From positions 1 to 30,742 of IMG/VR virus record IMGVR_UViG_3300032231_000015: 30,742 nt of DNA. The stretch is one strand, 5' to 3'. The notes beneath the pieces are model-generated. The model worked only from the letters and a program-made list of their open reading frames with translations. It was not told the DNA's origin and made no database searches. Numbering within the stretch: position 1 is the stretch's first letter; every line of letters begins with the position of its first letter. The translations under genes were made by a program, and so were the position numbers. Positions 6,945 through 15,383 of this stretch are shown here, piece by piece. This DNA is from a virus. Lineage: Duplodnaviria; Caudoviricetes.

Positions 6945-7031
6945 TGCGACGCTCCCCCCTTTCCCGGCCCCGGTCGGTAGAGCGTCAGCAAGTGGGCCGC
7001 CCCTTGTCTATCCGGCAGGGGGCGGTTTTTT
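6945..7031 (+). ncRNA. putative ~87-nt small regulatory RNA
   Basis: lies between a consensus promoter and an intrinsic terminator; no ORF; 5' stem GACGCTC(6948-6954)/GAGCGTC(6980-6986). Confidence 0.65.
6997..7031 (+). terminator. intrinsic terminator
   Basis: 12-bp stem CCGCCCCTTGTC/GGCAGGGGGCGG with G-U pairs that work only on the + strand, followed by T6. Confidence 0.85.
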
Positions 7032-7037
7032 GCGCGT

Positions 7038-7070
7038 AAAAAACCCCGGTGCCCAACAAGGTTCCGGGGT
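7038..7070 (-). terminator. intrinsic terminator (convergent with the sRNA terminator)
   Basis: ACCCCGG/CCGGGGT stem followed by a T-run on the minus strand. Confidence 0.7.
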
Positions 7071-7111
7071 CTGCCCGCCGCCCACGAAGCCGACGGGCTG
7101 TCAGTGTCATC

Positions 7112-7148
7112 AAAAGAGCCACCCCCGAGAGAGATTAGGGGGCGGCTC
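7112..7148 (-). terminator. intrinsic terminator after 7166..7534
   Basis: GAGCCGCCCCC/GGGGGTGGCTC stem plus TTTT on the minus strand. Confidence 0.7.
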
Positions 7149-7165
7149 CGAGGAAAGAGAGCAGG

Positions 7166-7534
7166 TTAAGTCTTCTCAGCAACGATCATCTCGCGCACCC
7201 ACTGGGGCATTCCGTCGTACCCGTCATTGCTCAGGTCTGGATCAGCGTAGCAGGTCGCCGCATCGTCGATCTTCTGGCGTACATCGTCAACAGCCATTGC
7301 CAAAGCGTACAGTCTGTTATACATCATGCCGAGTGCGCACCATAAAACAACTGGTGCAAGGGAGATTGCGTCGCCGTTGTCATCGTGCGACTTGGCAATC
7401 GCTCGGGCAATCCCCATCGCGTGATGAGGGGTCGAATCCAACCCCTCTGCACCCAGCAATGCACTCAGTGTGCGGGCGTGCCTGATAATCTCCGCGTCCG
7501 TGATCTGGTCCGAAGTGATCTGGTTATCGCTCAT
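7166..7534 (-). CDS. hypothetical protein
   Basis: GGAAGGTGG RBS; ATGA coupling. Confidence 0.75.
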   Translation of the reverse strand: MSDNQITSDQITDAEIIRHARTLSALLGAEGLDSTPHHAMGIARAIAKSHDDNGDAISLAPVVLWCALGMMYNRLYALAMAVDDVRQKIDDAATCYADPDLSNDGYDGMPQWVREMIVAEKT

Positions 7535-7860
7535 GACGCACCACCTTCCTGCTCGCCGGTTGCTTTGGCGATTGCTTTGCGGGCTGCATCCATCGTGTCC
7601 CCTTCCTGTTTGACACGGTACACAAAGTCAATCGTAGCAACAAGACTCTCCAACGCTTCCAGCATGTCCGGGGCGGCGGCGATTAGGCGGGCGTTGGCCT
7701 CGGCTTCATCTCCAGTACGGCCCTCAACGGATATATGGCGATCATCGGCGCATGTGACATACCATCCGTAGACATAGCCCTCCTCTCTAGCATTTTTTGG
7801 CGGGGTGTTCCCGACATACTCCCAAGGCCCCGGCGTGTGCTGTGTCTGTGTGTCTTTCAT
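7531..7860 (-). CDS. conserved phage hypothetical protein (HTPGPW...ANARLIAAAPDMLEAL family)
   Basis: recognisable, widespread phage small-protein signature. Confidence 0.85.
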   Translation of the reverse strand: MKDTQTQHTPGPWEYVGNTPPKNAREEGYVYGWYVTCADDRHISVEGRTGDEAEANARLIAAAPDMLEALESLVATIDFVYRVKQEGDTMDAARKAIAKATGEQEGGAS

Positions 7861-8117
7861 GCCTGCACCTCATTCCCGGTTGCTTTGGCGATTGCGGCTT
7901 TTTCATAATCCCCGCACCATTGACTACCTTGCACAGACGGCCATATCGGAGAATCGTCATGCGGAACACCAACGCCCGATGGAGAATGGCGGTGGCATGA
8001 TCCGCACCAGTTATCTGTAGATCCGTAACGAGTTATAAAGAACCGACAGTTTCCGCATCCTTCCTTTTCTTGCTCATCAACCCCCGGCGTGTGCTGTGCT
8101 GTTTCCTCTTGCTTCAT
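7857..8117 (-). CDS. small Cys-rich metal-binding protein (CGNC...C.RHSP...WCG)
   Basis: RBS GAAAGGGAA; first gene after a promoter; 4-Cys pattern. Confidence 0.75.
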   Translation of the reverse strand: MKQEETAQHTPGVDEQEKEGCGNCRFFITRYGSTDNWCGSCHRHSPSGVGVPHDDSPIWPSVQGSQWCGDYEKAAIAKATGNEVQA

Positions 8118-8153
8118 GATTTCCCTTTCTGCCCTGTGGTGGGCGTTTGGCAG

Positions 8154-8182
8154 ATCATACCCCGCCGCCCAACTATTGTCAA
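8154..8182 (-). promoter_or_regulatory. sigma70-type promoter TTGACA-N17-TATGAT
   Basis: perfect -35, 5/6 -10, 17-bp spacer. Confidence 0.8.
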
Positions 8183-8189
8183 GTAGGTG

Positions 8190-9758
8190 TCAAGGATCGT
8201 TTGACGGCTGCCCGCAGCAACCCCCCTGACGCAACCTACGGGCCTCTTCGGTGGGATCAAACCCGCTCAGATCGACCAGGGGCAGCCCTGAACGCCCCGC
8301 CGGTGATTCTAGGTCGTTCTCCCCGAACGGCGGGTCAGACCGATCAATCCCCCGGCACTCCTGACCGAGCAGCGTTCGCGGCGCACACTCGCTCGCCGGA
8401 TCGCCAGCCGAGAGCAACGGCGCAGTCCTCCCATCATCCAACACCCGTTCAAAGGTCGTCCGATAAATATCCCGACACTCGCGCCCCGGCTGGTTCGGGT
8501 CAACCATCCACACCCCCGCCGAGTCGCGAGACATGAACAACACCGAGGCATCCAGATTCAACCGCACATAGACGCTCGGGTCGTCACACCGCCGCCAGAG
8601 GTTGTCTTGTGATGGGCACGGATCATCTGACCACACCACCGCAACCGGCGTGTCGGTCGTTGTTCCACCAGTGGGGAAGTACCGATTTGGGCCAATCATC
8701 GCGGTTAGCGAGCTCGGCGGCTTGTTCGTTTCATCCACCGCGATCTCATCGCCAGCATCGGCACAGTTCTGGTACACCGCAAAGCCCTGTTCCTCGCAGA
8801 CCTCAGCAACCCACAATGTAATATCTGCGGGGCCTATGGTGACATTCCCGGTCGGCTGATACAAGTCATAGACATCCGTCGAAATCTCAATGGCTGGTGA
8901 TGACGGAACCGAATCAATAGCATCCCGTAGATCGACCACAAGCTCAGACCCCGACCCATCACACCGAAGGGCTGTTGTGAACGGATTCGCATCACAGATC
9001 GGCGGGCCTTCATACGCCTCAATCTCTACCCTCCACCCGCCAGAATGCGAAGTCTCTTCAAGCCGGTCATTCTGGAATGGGTCTTCGGTGTAGCAGTTGG
9101 GTGGTGACTTGCTTTCCGCTTCAAACACACCACCGCCGCTCGGCCCTGCGATACACCCAAGAATGGGCCGTTGCTCAAACTGTTGATTGCAAAACCCGCT
9201 TGGAATCCCGTTCCCAAACTGGTTATGCAGTCCAACCACATCATCGGCGAGCGTGTAGTAATGGGCGGTGTAGAAGGCAAACAGATCGTCGGTGTTTCCA
9301 AAGTTGTCCGAGTACCGGCCTCTGCATTGCACGGTTATCGTCCACAGTTTGCACGGGGCAACGGGGTCGAATGATGGTCGCACCGAAACCCCTACGCTGA
9401 CAATATCCGTCAACGCCCCGTACTCGTTGAATGGGCTTGCCGCATTTTGTATCAGCGAGATATTACCAGACATCGGCGCATCGCAGTTAATCAACGAGAA
9501 GTACCCGGTCGCACTCCTCGACATCGTAATCTCAAGCTCGGGGAATGTAACGCTGTGCCGCTCGGTCGTTACTTGGTTGCCAAGTGAATCAAAGACTGTG
9601 TTGCGCTCGGTCAACTCGAAATGGCCCGATAGCGTCAGCTTTATATTGTCGGGAAGACTCGCGCACCCGCCACACACGCACGGCGCACCGTCCGCGCTGG
9701 TGACAAGCCGACCGTTCACCACACAGAGTTTCCGGTCTTTCACGATCAGGTGTGCCAT
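8190..9758 (-). CDS. Cys-rich putative tail-tip / receptor-binding protein
   Basis: last gene of the tail module; beta-rich; repeated Cys-bounded modules. Confidence 0.6.
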   Translation of the reverse strand: MAHLIVKDRKLCVVNGRLVTSADGAPCVCGGCASLPDNIKLTLSGHFELTERNTVFDSLGNQVTTERHSVTFPELEITMSRSATGYFSLINCDAPMSGNISLIQNAASPFNEYGALTDIVSVGVSVRPSFDPVAPCKLWTITVQCRGRYSDNFGNTDDLFAFYTAHYYTLADDVVGLHNQFGNGIPSGFCNQQFEQRPILGCIAGPSGGGVFEAESKSPPNCYTEDPFQNDRLEETSHSGGWRVEIEAYEGPPICDANPFTTALRCDGSGSELVVDLRDAIDSVPSSPAIEISTDVYDLYQPTGNVTIGPADITLWVAEVCEEQGFAVYQNCADAGDEIAVDETNKPPSSLTAMIGPNRYFPTGGTTTDTPVAVVWSDDPCPSQDNLWRRCDDPSVYVRLNLDASVLFMSRDSAGVWMVDPNQPGRECRDIYRTTFERVLDDGRTAPLLSAGDPASECAPRTLLGQECRGIDRSDPPFGENDLESPAGRSGLPLVDLSGFDPTEEARRLRQGGCCGQPSNDP

Positions 9759-10609
9759 TATGGAGCCGGGGTGAACCCGCCCACGCTACGGCTCATGCGC
9801 CCAACATAGGTCACATTGCTCAGATCAACCTCGCCCGTACCTTCATGGATCACCGTGCCGCCAACAATGAACGCGGTTGCACCCGGAGCGAACGATGTGC
9901 GGGCTTTGGTGAAGTCCAGTGTGCCGCCGATTGAAGTGACGGTCGGGATCGCGCCCGCCCGCCAATCGAGAGTACCGCCGTAGTTCGTCACAGCCGTGCT
10001 GGTGTGGCTCGCCGCGTCGTCGGGGTCATAAATCACCCGCGCGTTCTCGCCGATAATCAGCGAGGTACACGCACGCCGAATGACCCAGTTTCCACGCATG
10101 ATCCGCACAAGCGTTGGCTTGGTCGCGTTGTAGTGAATCTCGCCCGAGCCGCCGTAGCAATCAAGATTGGTCAGCACCGTCGATTCATTGGCATCGACCG
10201 ACCCACCCTGTACCGTCGTCGTTGTGAAGGTACCACCGACAAGGAAGTTGCGAGACCCGCCGCCGCAATCGAAGTTAAGAATACGGCTAGAACCGCCGCC
10301 CGCTTCAAGGTACAGTGTGACTTTTCCGTGATTGGTGATGCCGTCGAGGTCTGTGAGACCGAAATCGGTGTCCGCGTCGATCTTCAATGGCGACCCGCCA
10401 GACCCGAGCGTACCGGACGCGCCGGGCTTGATTTCGAGGTAGTCAATACCCGTAGTCAACGCCGACCAATCCACGCTTGAAGTCAGGGGGACACCCGACC
10501 CGAATGGTTTATTGATTACGAGTTGGCCGTTGTCAACGACCCCGGTAGCGTCGGCCCAGTTCGCGGCTGCGAGACTTGTGGCCCCTTCATTGAGCGTAGT
10601 TTCTGCCAT
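9758..10609 (-). CDS. putative virion protein with beta-helix-like G/T-rich repeats
   Basis: AGGAGG RBS; short beta-strand-Gly periodicity; in the tail module. Confidence 0.6.
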   Translation of the reverse strand: MAETTLNEGATSLAAANWADATGVVDNGQLVINKPFGSGVPLTSSVDWSALTTGIDYLEIKPGASGTLGSGGSPLKIDADTDFGLTDLDGITNHGKVTLYLEAGGGSSRILNFDCGGGSRNFLVGGTFTTTTVQGGSVDANESTVLTNLDCYGGSGEIHYNATKPTLVRIMRGNWVIRRACTSLIIGENARVIYDPDDAASHTSTAVTNYGGTLDWRAGAIPTVTSIGGTLDFTKARTSFAPGATAFIVGGTVIHEGTGEVDLSNVTYVGRMSRSVGGFTPAP

Positions 10610-10624
10610 GACTGGCCTCCTTTG

Positions 10625-11998
10625 TTATTTCGGCACAAGCCGGTACTGTAACGAACCAACGATGATCGTGTTGCTTGCACTCACATCGTCGGCGCGAATC
10701 CAAATATCTGATTTCTCATCAATGATCTTTGTCGAATGATACTCTTCGTGGAAATGTTCGCCTTCGGTCACAAAGTAGTAATCGAGGATTCGGACTGTTC
10801 CTACTGCATTATCACGCACGCGCAGAGTCAGCGACGACTCAACTCCAGACCCGGACGCGCGGTCGATTGCAATATGAACATTGAGCGCGACCAACTTCTT
10901 ATTTGCCGGAACACTAAACGCCAAGATCGATGTTTGGCTCGCCTCAGCGTCAACCGTTGCAAACACATTAGCCGTCGTCGTGGTGTGGTTGACCGTGATC
11001 TTGCCCTCATTGTGTTCAGACGACCCCGCCTGCGTCACCCTCACACGGTTAAGCCGCCACCAAGTCTTTGTTGAAGTTACGGCGGTCGTGCCGTTCATAG
11101 TGATTTCTTCTTCTTGCTCCAGATAGTCCCCATCCAACCCGTATAGAGTAACCTTTTGCGCGCCGGTTCCTGCCGCTGTGTCGTTCACACTGGCCGAAAC
11201 TACATCAACGGTTTCGGCCAATCCGGTTGTTGGGAACCCGGTATAGACACCGCCCTCACTCCAAATATCCTCCGGTAATGTTCCGGTGTCAATATCTGGG
11301 TTTCGGCCAAACTTGTTCCCCGTTGAATATCCCGGTACACGACCAGCCGCAGCCTCTGTCCAAAAGTCTTTTGTTGCCTCGCCCATGACTTCACTCCTGA
11401 GATACCACCACAGCACAAGCGACTGGCCCGCCTGCGAAGTCTCGCACACCGGCATCAAGTACGCCGCGTTGTCCGTCTCGATACTCGTAATCGTTGCCCC
11501 GTCAATCGTCAAGTCCGCCGCCACATTAAACGCGACCGCTTGGAACGCGGGGTCTATCGCGTGCCGAATCTCAACCGCCGAGGTATTCGTTGCCAGCGGC
11601 TCGGCAAGCACCATCGACTTGTACGCTGCCTGAGCGTTAATCGCGCTCCGCACGCCCTCAGCATCAACCGTAATCATTTCTCGCATCGTCCAACCGGTCA
11701 TCGAACCGACTTCCATTGTTCCAATCTCAACGGCTACCCCCGCCTCGGCGGTCGTGCAAACGAAATGCAGCCACCCCGTATCGACCACATCAATCTCCAA
11801 GACCGATGCGCCGGTCAGATCAACCGTCTGCACCGTCGAGAACGACGCCGATGGGGACTGATCCCCGAACGCCCGCTTGACCTCAAGCACCGCCGTAGAC
11901 GCGGAATCACCGATGGATTCCACCTGCACGAACACGCGCCGCACACGCTCCACATTCAGCGGCATCTTCACGCCCAGAGTGTCAAGGTCGATTCTCAT
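10625..11998 (-). CDS. putative tail/virion protein (two tandem N-terminal beta domains plus a C-terminal KFGRNPDID domain)
   Basis: ATGA coupling; position in the tail module; internal duplication. Confidence 0.6.
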   Translation of the reverse strand: MRIDLDTLGVKMPLNVERVRRVFVQVESIGDSASTAVLEVKRAFGDQSPSASFSTVQTVDLTGASVLEIDVVDTGWLHFVCTTAEAGVAVEIGTMEVGSMTGWTMREMITVDAEGVRSAINAQAAYKSMVLAEPLATNTSAVEIRHAIDPAFQAVAFNVAADLTIDGATITSIETDNAAYLMPVCETSQAGQSLVLWWYLRSEVMGEATKDFWTEAAAGRVPGYSTGNKFGRNPDIDTGTLPEDIWSEGGVYTGFPTTGLAETVDVVSASVNDTAAGTGAQKVTLYGLDGDYLEQEEEITMNGTTAVTSTKTWWRLNRVRVTQAGSSEHNEGKITVNHTTTTANVFATVDAEASQTSILAFSVPANKKLVALNVHIAIDRASGSGVESSLTLRVRDNAVGTVRILDYYFVTEGEHFHEEYHSTKIIDEKSDIWIRADDVSASNTIIVGSLQYRLVPK

Positions 11999-12279
11999 GC
12001 GCACGGCCCCGCGTCTGGGCGTTCACCCGTCAAGATGTCTACCAGTTCATTCGATCCAAGCCGGGAAATGCCGACCGCCACACGCTGCCCAATCTCAAAC
12101 GGCACAAGGTCAACATCGGCATACCGCATCCGGTCGTATTCCTGCGGCACGATCCCCTCAAGCACCACCACGCCAGACTCCCCCTCGATCTGCACGCTGT
12201 AGAACAGATCGTCAGGGGGAGCGGGAACCTCCGAGGATCGGGCTGTAATCACACCGACATAGACGCGGGATTCAGACAT
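11995..12279 (-). CDS. small tail-tip protein (possibly OB-fold-like)
   Basis: coupled to both neighbours; beta-rich pattern. Confidence 0.55.
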   Translation of the reverse strand: MSESRVYVGVITARSSEVPAPPDDLFYSVQIEGESGVVVLEGIVPQEYDRMRYADVDLVPFEIGQRVAVGISRLGSNELVDILTGERPDAGPCA

Positions 12280-13145
12280 CACGACACCCCCGGTAGCGTT
12301 GTATAGCCCGTCAGGTCTTCCATATACGCCGGTGACGACACGACAACGGGAACCTGTGTAGGGTCGCTCGCGTTCGGTGCAGTGTCAAGCCGCGAATATG
12401 GCTCAACCACAAACTCAGATGACGCATAGGGGAAACCATACGAACCGATCCCACCCATGTTCGGCGAATAGCTCAGGTCATACTCCAGCGTATTCGGCAC
12501 GCCCGGATCGTAAATCCAGCGATAGGTGAACTGGTAGTTGTCAATCTTGGTACGCCGCACGCTGTCCGATTTGAACAGGTACTTGACCCCACCAATCTGG
12601 TGAATCTTGTTGGTCTGCTCATTGACGGCCTGCGAGATATTCAACTGTGTAATCACGCCCGCCCCGCCAGCCACCGTCGCGTTGAGCGTGATCCGGTGAA
12701 CCGTTCGGGAATACCGGAATGTCGCCTTTTGGCGCACCGGCTGCCATACATCCTTTGTCTCAGTACCGCCCCCTTGAATCGGGAACTCTTTTGTGACCAA
12801 CTCAAACACGGGTATCTCAATGTCTACATCCTCAAAGGTTGTGTCGATCTTGAAGAACTCTAGATCGTCCTCGTTCTCAGGCGGGGTCGGGTCCTGGAAC
12901 TCGATAGGCACATACTGCGCACGAACCACGACATGCCGACCCTCGGGGAGAAACGATACATTGTTGACGACCAGCAACGGGTAATCCGGGTGGACATCGC
13001 CGAACCTCGGCGCGCTGGGGTCGTCTGTTACCACATCAACGACCGACTCGTCACCCGTCACTTTCCACCCACGCACGCGACCAAACCCACTCGATGATTC
13101 GGTAGTGCCTCGGTCAAAGTGTTGTTCTGTCCAGGTCAGTGCCAT
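12279..13145 (-). CDS. putative distal tail / hub protein
   Basis: directly downstream of the tape measure gene; TGATG coupling. Confidence 0.55.
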   Translation of the reverse strand: MALTWTEQHFDRGTTESSSGFGRVRGWKVTGDESVVDVVTDDPSAPRFGDVHPDYPLLVVNNVSFLPEGRHVVVRAQYVPIEFQDPTPPENEDDLEFFKIDTTFEDVDIEIPVFELVTKEFPIQGGGTETKDVWQPVRQKATFRYSRTVHRITLNATVAGGAGVITQLNISQAVNEQTNKIHQIGGVKYLFKSDSVRRTKIDNYQFTYRWIYDPGVPNTLEYDLSYSPNMGGIGSYGFPYASSEFVVEPYSRLDTAPNASDPTQVPVVVSSPAYMEDLTGYTTLPGVS

Positions 13146-14116
13146 CAACGCCTCCCAATCGCGTGCGCGACTTCTCGCAGGTCTTTGACGATGGTATTAA
13201 GTTGGGTGGTAATCCCGCCGGTGCTGCCAAGCAACGATGCCGCAACGCCCGAAAGTTCACGCTTCAACGCGGCAGCAAGCACGGCGGCCTGTTTCGCAGC
13301 AAGTTCGTTTGATTTGCGGGCGGCCTCCTCCTCCGCTTTGATCTTCTCATCCTTCTGTTTCTTGATGTCGTCGAGCCGCTTTTGGTGCAACTTCTCTTCA
13401 AGCTCGATAATCTGATCGAACTCGGATTGGTTTCCGTGCATCGCAGAGCGGTTCGCTCGGTCGATCGCACGCATCCTCGCCTGAAACCGTATCTCTTCTT
13501 GCTTCACTGGGTCGGTTTCAAGCTGGGATTCAAGCCCTAGTATTGTATCCTTCAGCGCAACCCACTCGATATTCAACTGCCTTACACGGTCAGCCTCTTC
13601 TTTGTGTTTTTCTACCCGCTGGGTTCCAGCAATAGCCGAGCCGACAAGTTGGAGCAATACAACCTTTTGGACATCCTCTAGTTCTTTATTTTCACGAATC
13701 AAATCCCCAAGCGCGTCGGCTTGCCTTCGGATTGGGTCAGGGTCGATTTCTTGATTGAAATCCTCGATTTGATTTTTGAGGGACTTGAATGCTTTTTCGG
13801 AAAGCCGCGTTTGTTCTTTCTGCTCATTCATCAGTTTGCCAAACAACACAAGCAAACCGATTAGGCCTGTCACAGCCCCAACCAGTCCCGTCACAACACC
13901 AACGGTAGAAGAAATCGCGCCGCTAAACTTCCGAACGCCTGCGGTACTTCCTTCGATCGCCTCGCCAGCTTTGCCAAACGCCCCGCCAACCTTGCCCCCA
14001 GCTTTCTCCCCAGCATCACCGACCGACTCAACCTCGGCTTTGGCATCGACCATCGACGCTTTCAGATCGTCGATGTCCGCATTGACCTCGATTGTCGCCT
14101 TGTCGATCTTCGCCAT
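13145..14116 (-). CDS. short tail tape measure protein (323 aa)
   Basis: typical TMP N-terminus (ATIEVNADIDDLK), G/A-rich stretch, hydrophobic segment and long coiled coil; follows the tail tube gene. Confidence 0.7.
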   Translation of the reverse strand: MAKIDKATIEVNADIDDLKASMVDAKAEVESVGDAGEKAGGKVGGAFGKAGEAIEGSTAGVRKFSGAISSTVGVVTGLVGAVTGLIGLLVLFGKLMNEQKEQTRLSEKAFKSLKNQIEDFNQEIDPDPIRRQADALGDLIRENKELEDVQKVVLLQLVGSAIAGTQRVEKHKEEADRVRQLNIEWVALKDTILGLESQLETDPVKQEEIRFQARMRAIDRANRSAMHGNQSEFDQIIELEEKLHQKRLDDIKKQKDEKIKAEEEAARKSNELAAKQAAVLAAALKRELSGVAASLLGSTGGITTQLNTIVKDLREVAHAIGRR

Positions 14117-14125
14117 GAATCACCT

Positions 14126-14938
14126 CTATGCAACCGTCAACGCGCCGGTGCCTTGCAAAGTACCGGACACTTCGATCGGGCTACCGATGTTTGCCGAAAT
14201 CGTCAAACTCGTCAAGAAGGCCAGCCCTGTAAATGTGCGAGACCCAGCAGCCCTCAGAACAATCTCGGTTATGTCCGGGGTCACAAGCGGGCCAGCATTG
14301 AATAGCGACTCATCACCCGCACTTGTCACATTCCCGTCAATGTCAAAGGTGTACGCCATTTTGTTCTTGGCTCCCCGGGCAACCGATGGGGATGCCCCCG
14401 TAATCAAAATTCCACACGCCAGCGTGTTCGCTACGGTTGTCGCCGGGTTCATGCGGAAAGTGGCGGCCCCCGAAGTGACTAATGTAACAGCAGTCGTGTC
14501 GTCAATGTTCCCATCAAACGAACCGCTCCCGCTGTACTCGCCGGGCAAGTAGCCCATCCACACAGGCGGCGTTGATGCCTGTGCAGTGTTTGGGTATGTA
14601 CCCGCGTTTAGCGTCATCGACCAACCAGTGCAACCGTCAACCGTTCCATTCGCATATGTCACAAACCCTTCATGGCCAGCAACCGGGGCATTGCGTGGAT
14701 ACCGACCCGAGAAGGTCGCCGTCCAGAATGAGAGACCAGCAATCTTGTCGATCGCTACGGGGTTCGTTGACTCAAACGCGGGTGACGGAAACGACTCACC
14801 GCCGCCATTGATGGTACATGAAAATGGGTCAGTCGATGTACCGATCAAGTGGTGCAAATCAAACCCTGTTTGATCTACCGCAGTGGTCGATGTGTCTGCT
14901 ACGGAGAGTAATCCCGTTAATCCAGTAGTGCCAGCCAT
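14126..14938 (-). CDS. major tail (tube) protein, 270 aa
   Basis: GAGGAGG RBS; tube-protein motifs IAGLSFWTATFSG and FTGLAFLTSL...LQGTGAL; follows the tail terminator gene. Confidence 0.8.
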   Translation of the reverse strand: MAGTTGLTGLLSVADTSTTAVDQTGFDLHHLIGTSTDPFSCTINGGGESFPSPAFESTNPVAIDKIAGLSFWTATFSGRYPRNAPVAGHEGFVTYANGTVDGCTGWSMTLNAGTYPNTAQASTPPVWMGYLPGEYSGSGSFDGNIDDTTAVTLVTSGAATFRMNPATTVANTLACGILITGASPSVARGAKNKMAYTFDIDGNVTSAGDESLFNAGPLVTPDITEIVLRAAGSRTFTGLAFLTSLTISANIGSPIEVSGTLQGTGALTVA

Positions 14939-14939
14939 G

Positions 14940-15383
14940 CTAGACCTCCTCGGCGTAAACCTCGAAATCGGCGTAATACTCAAGCGTGTCCGCAGTGTGC
15001 GGGGAACCGAACGCCGTCATTCGCATTTGTGAAACCGCCTGCCCCGATACGGTCGGCTGCCAGCGGTGTAACCCCATTGTTGGGGCGGTTGATGGTGTGC
15101 CGTTGCCGATAATCGCATCGTACGCGGGCTTGACATTTGTTGTGCCGTTCGATTTGGAGTCGTACACGCTCACGCGGTAGTCGGCGCGGAACCCGTTATC
15201 GTTGAAGGTGTCGTCAGTCTCGGCAGCGGTCAGCGAGAAGATCACCACCGGAGCAAGCCCTTGCTTCACTTCAACGGCAATCGGGGCAACTACTGCCCAT
15301 ACACCTTGCACGGTTACGCTCGCCGTTGATAGACTCGCAACGATCCGCGCTCTGATTGCGTCCTCTAGGCCGATGGAGTTCAT
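14940..15383 (-). CDS. tail terminator / completion protein (DUF3168-like)
   Basis: LEDAIRARI...AP...PVVIFS...YRVSVY pattern; synteny. Confidence 0.7.
   Translation of the reverse strand: MNSIGLEDAIRARIVASLSTASVTVQGVWAVVAPIAVEVKQGLAPVVIFSLTAAETDDTFNDNGFRADYRVSVYDSKSNGTTNVKPAYDAIIGNGTPSTAPTMGLHRWQPTVSGQAVSQMRMTAFGSPHTADTLEYYADFEVYAEEV

Noticed and set aside
8190-11998. Diversity-generating retroelement target in the tail genes
   Set aside because: No reverse transcriptase and no TR/VR pair differing at adenines were seen in the window.
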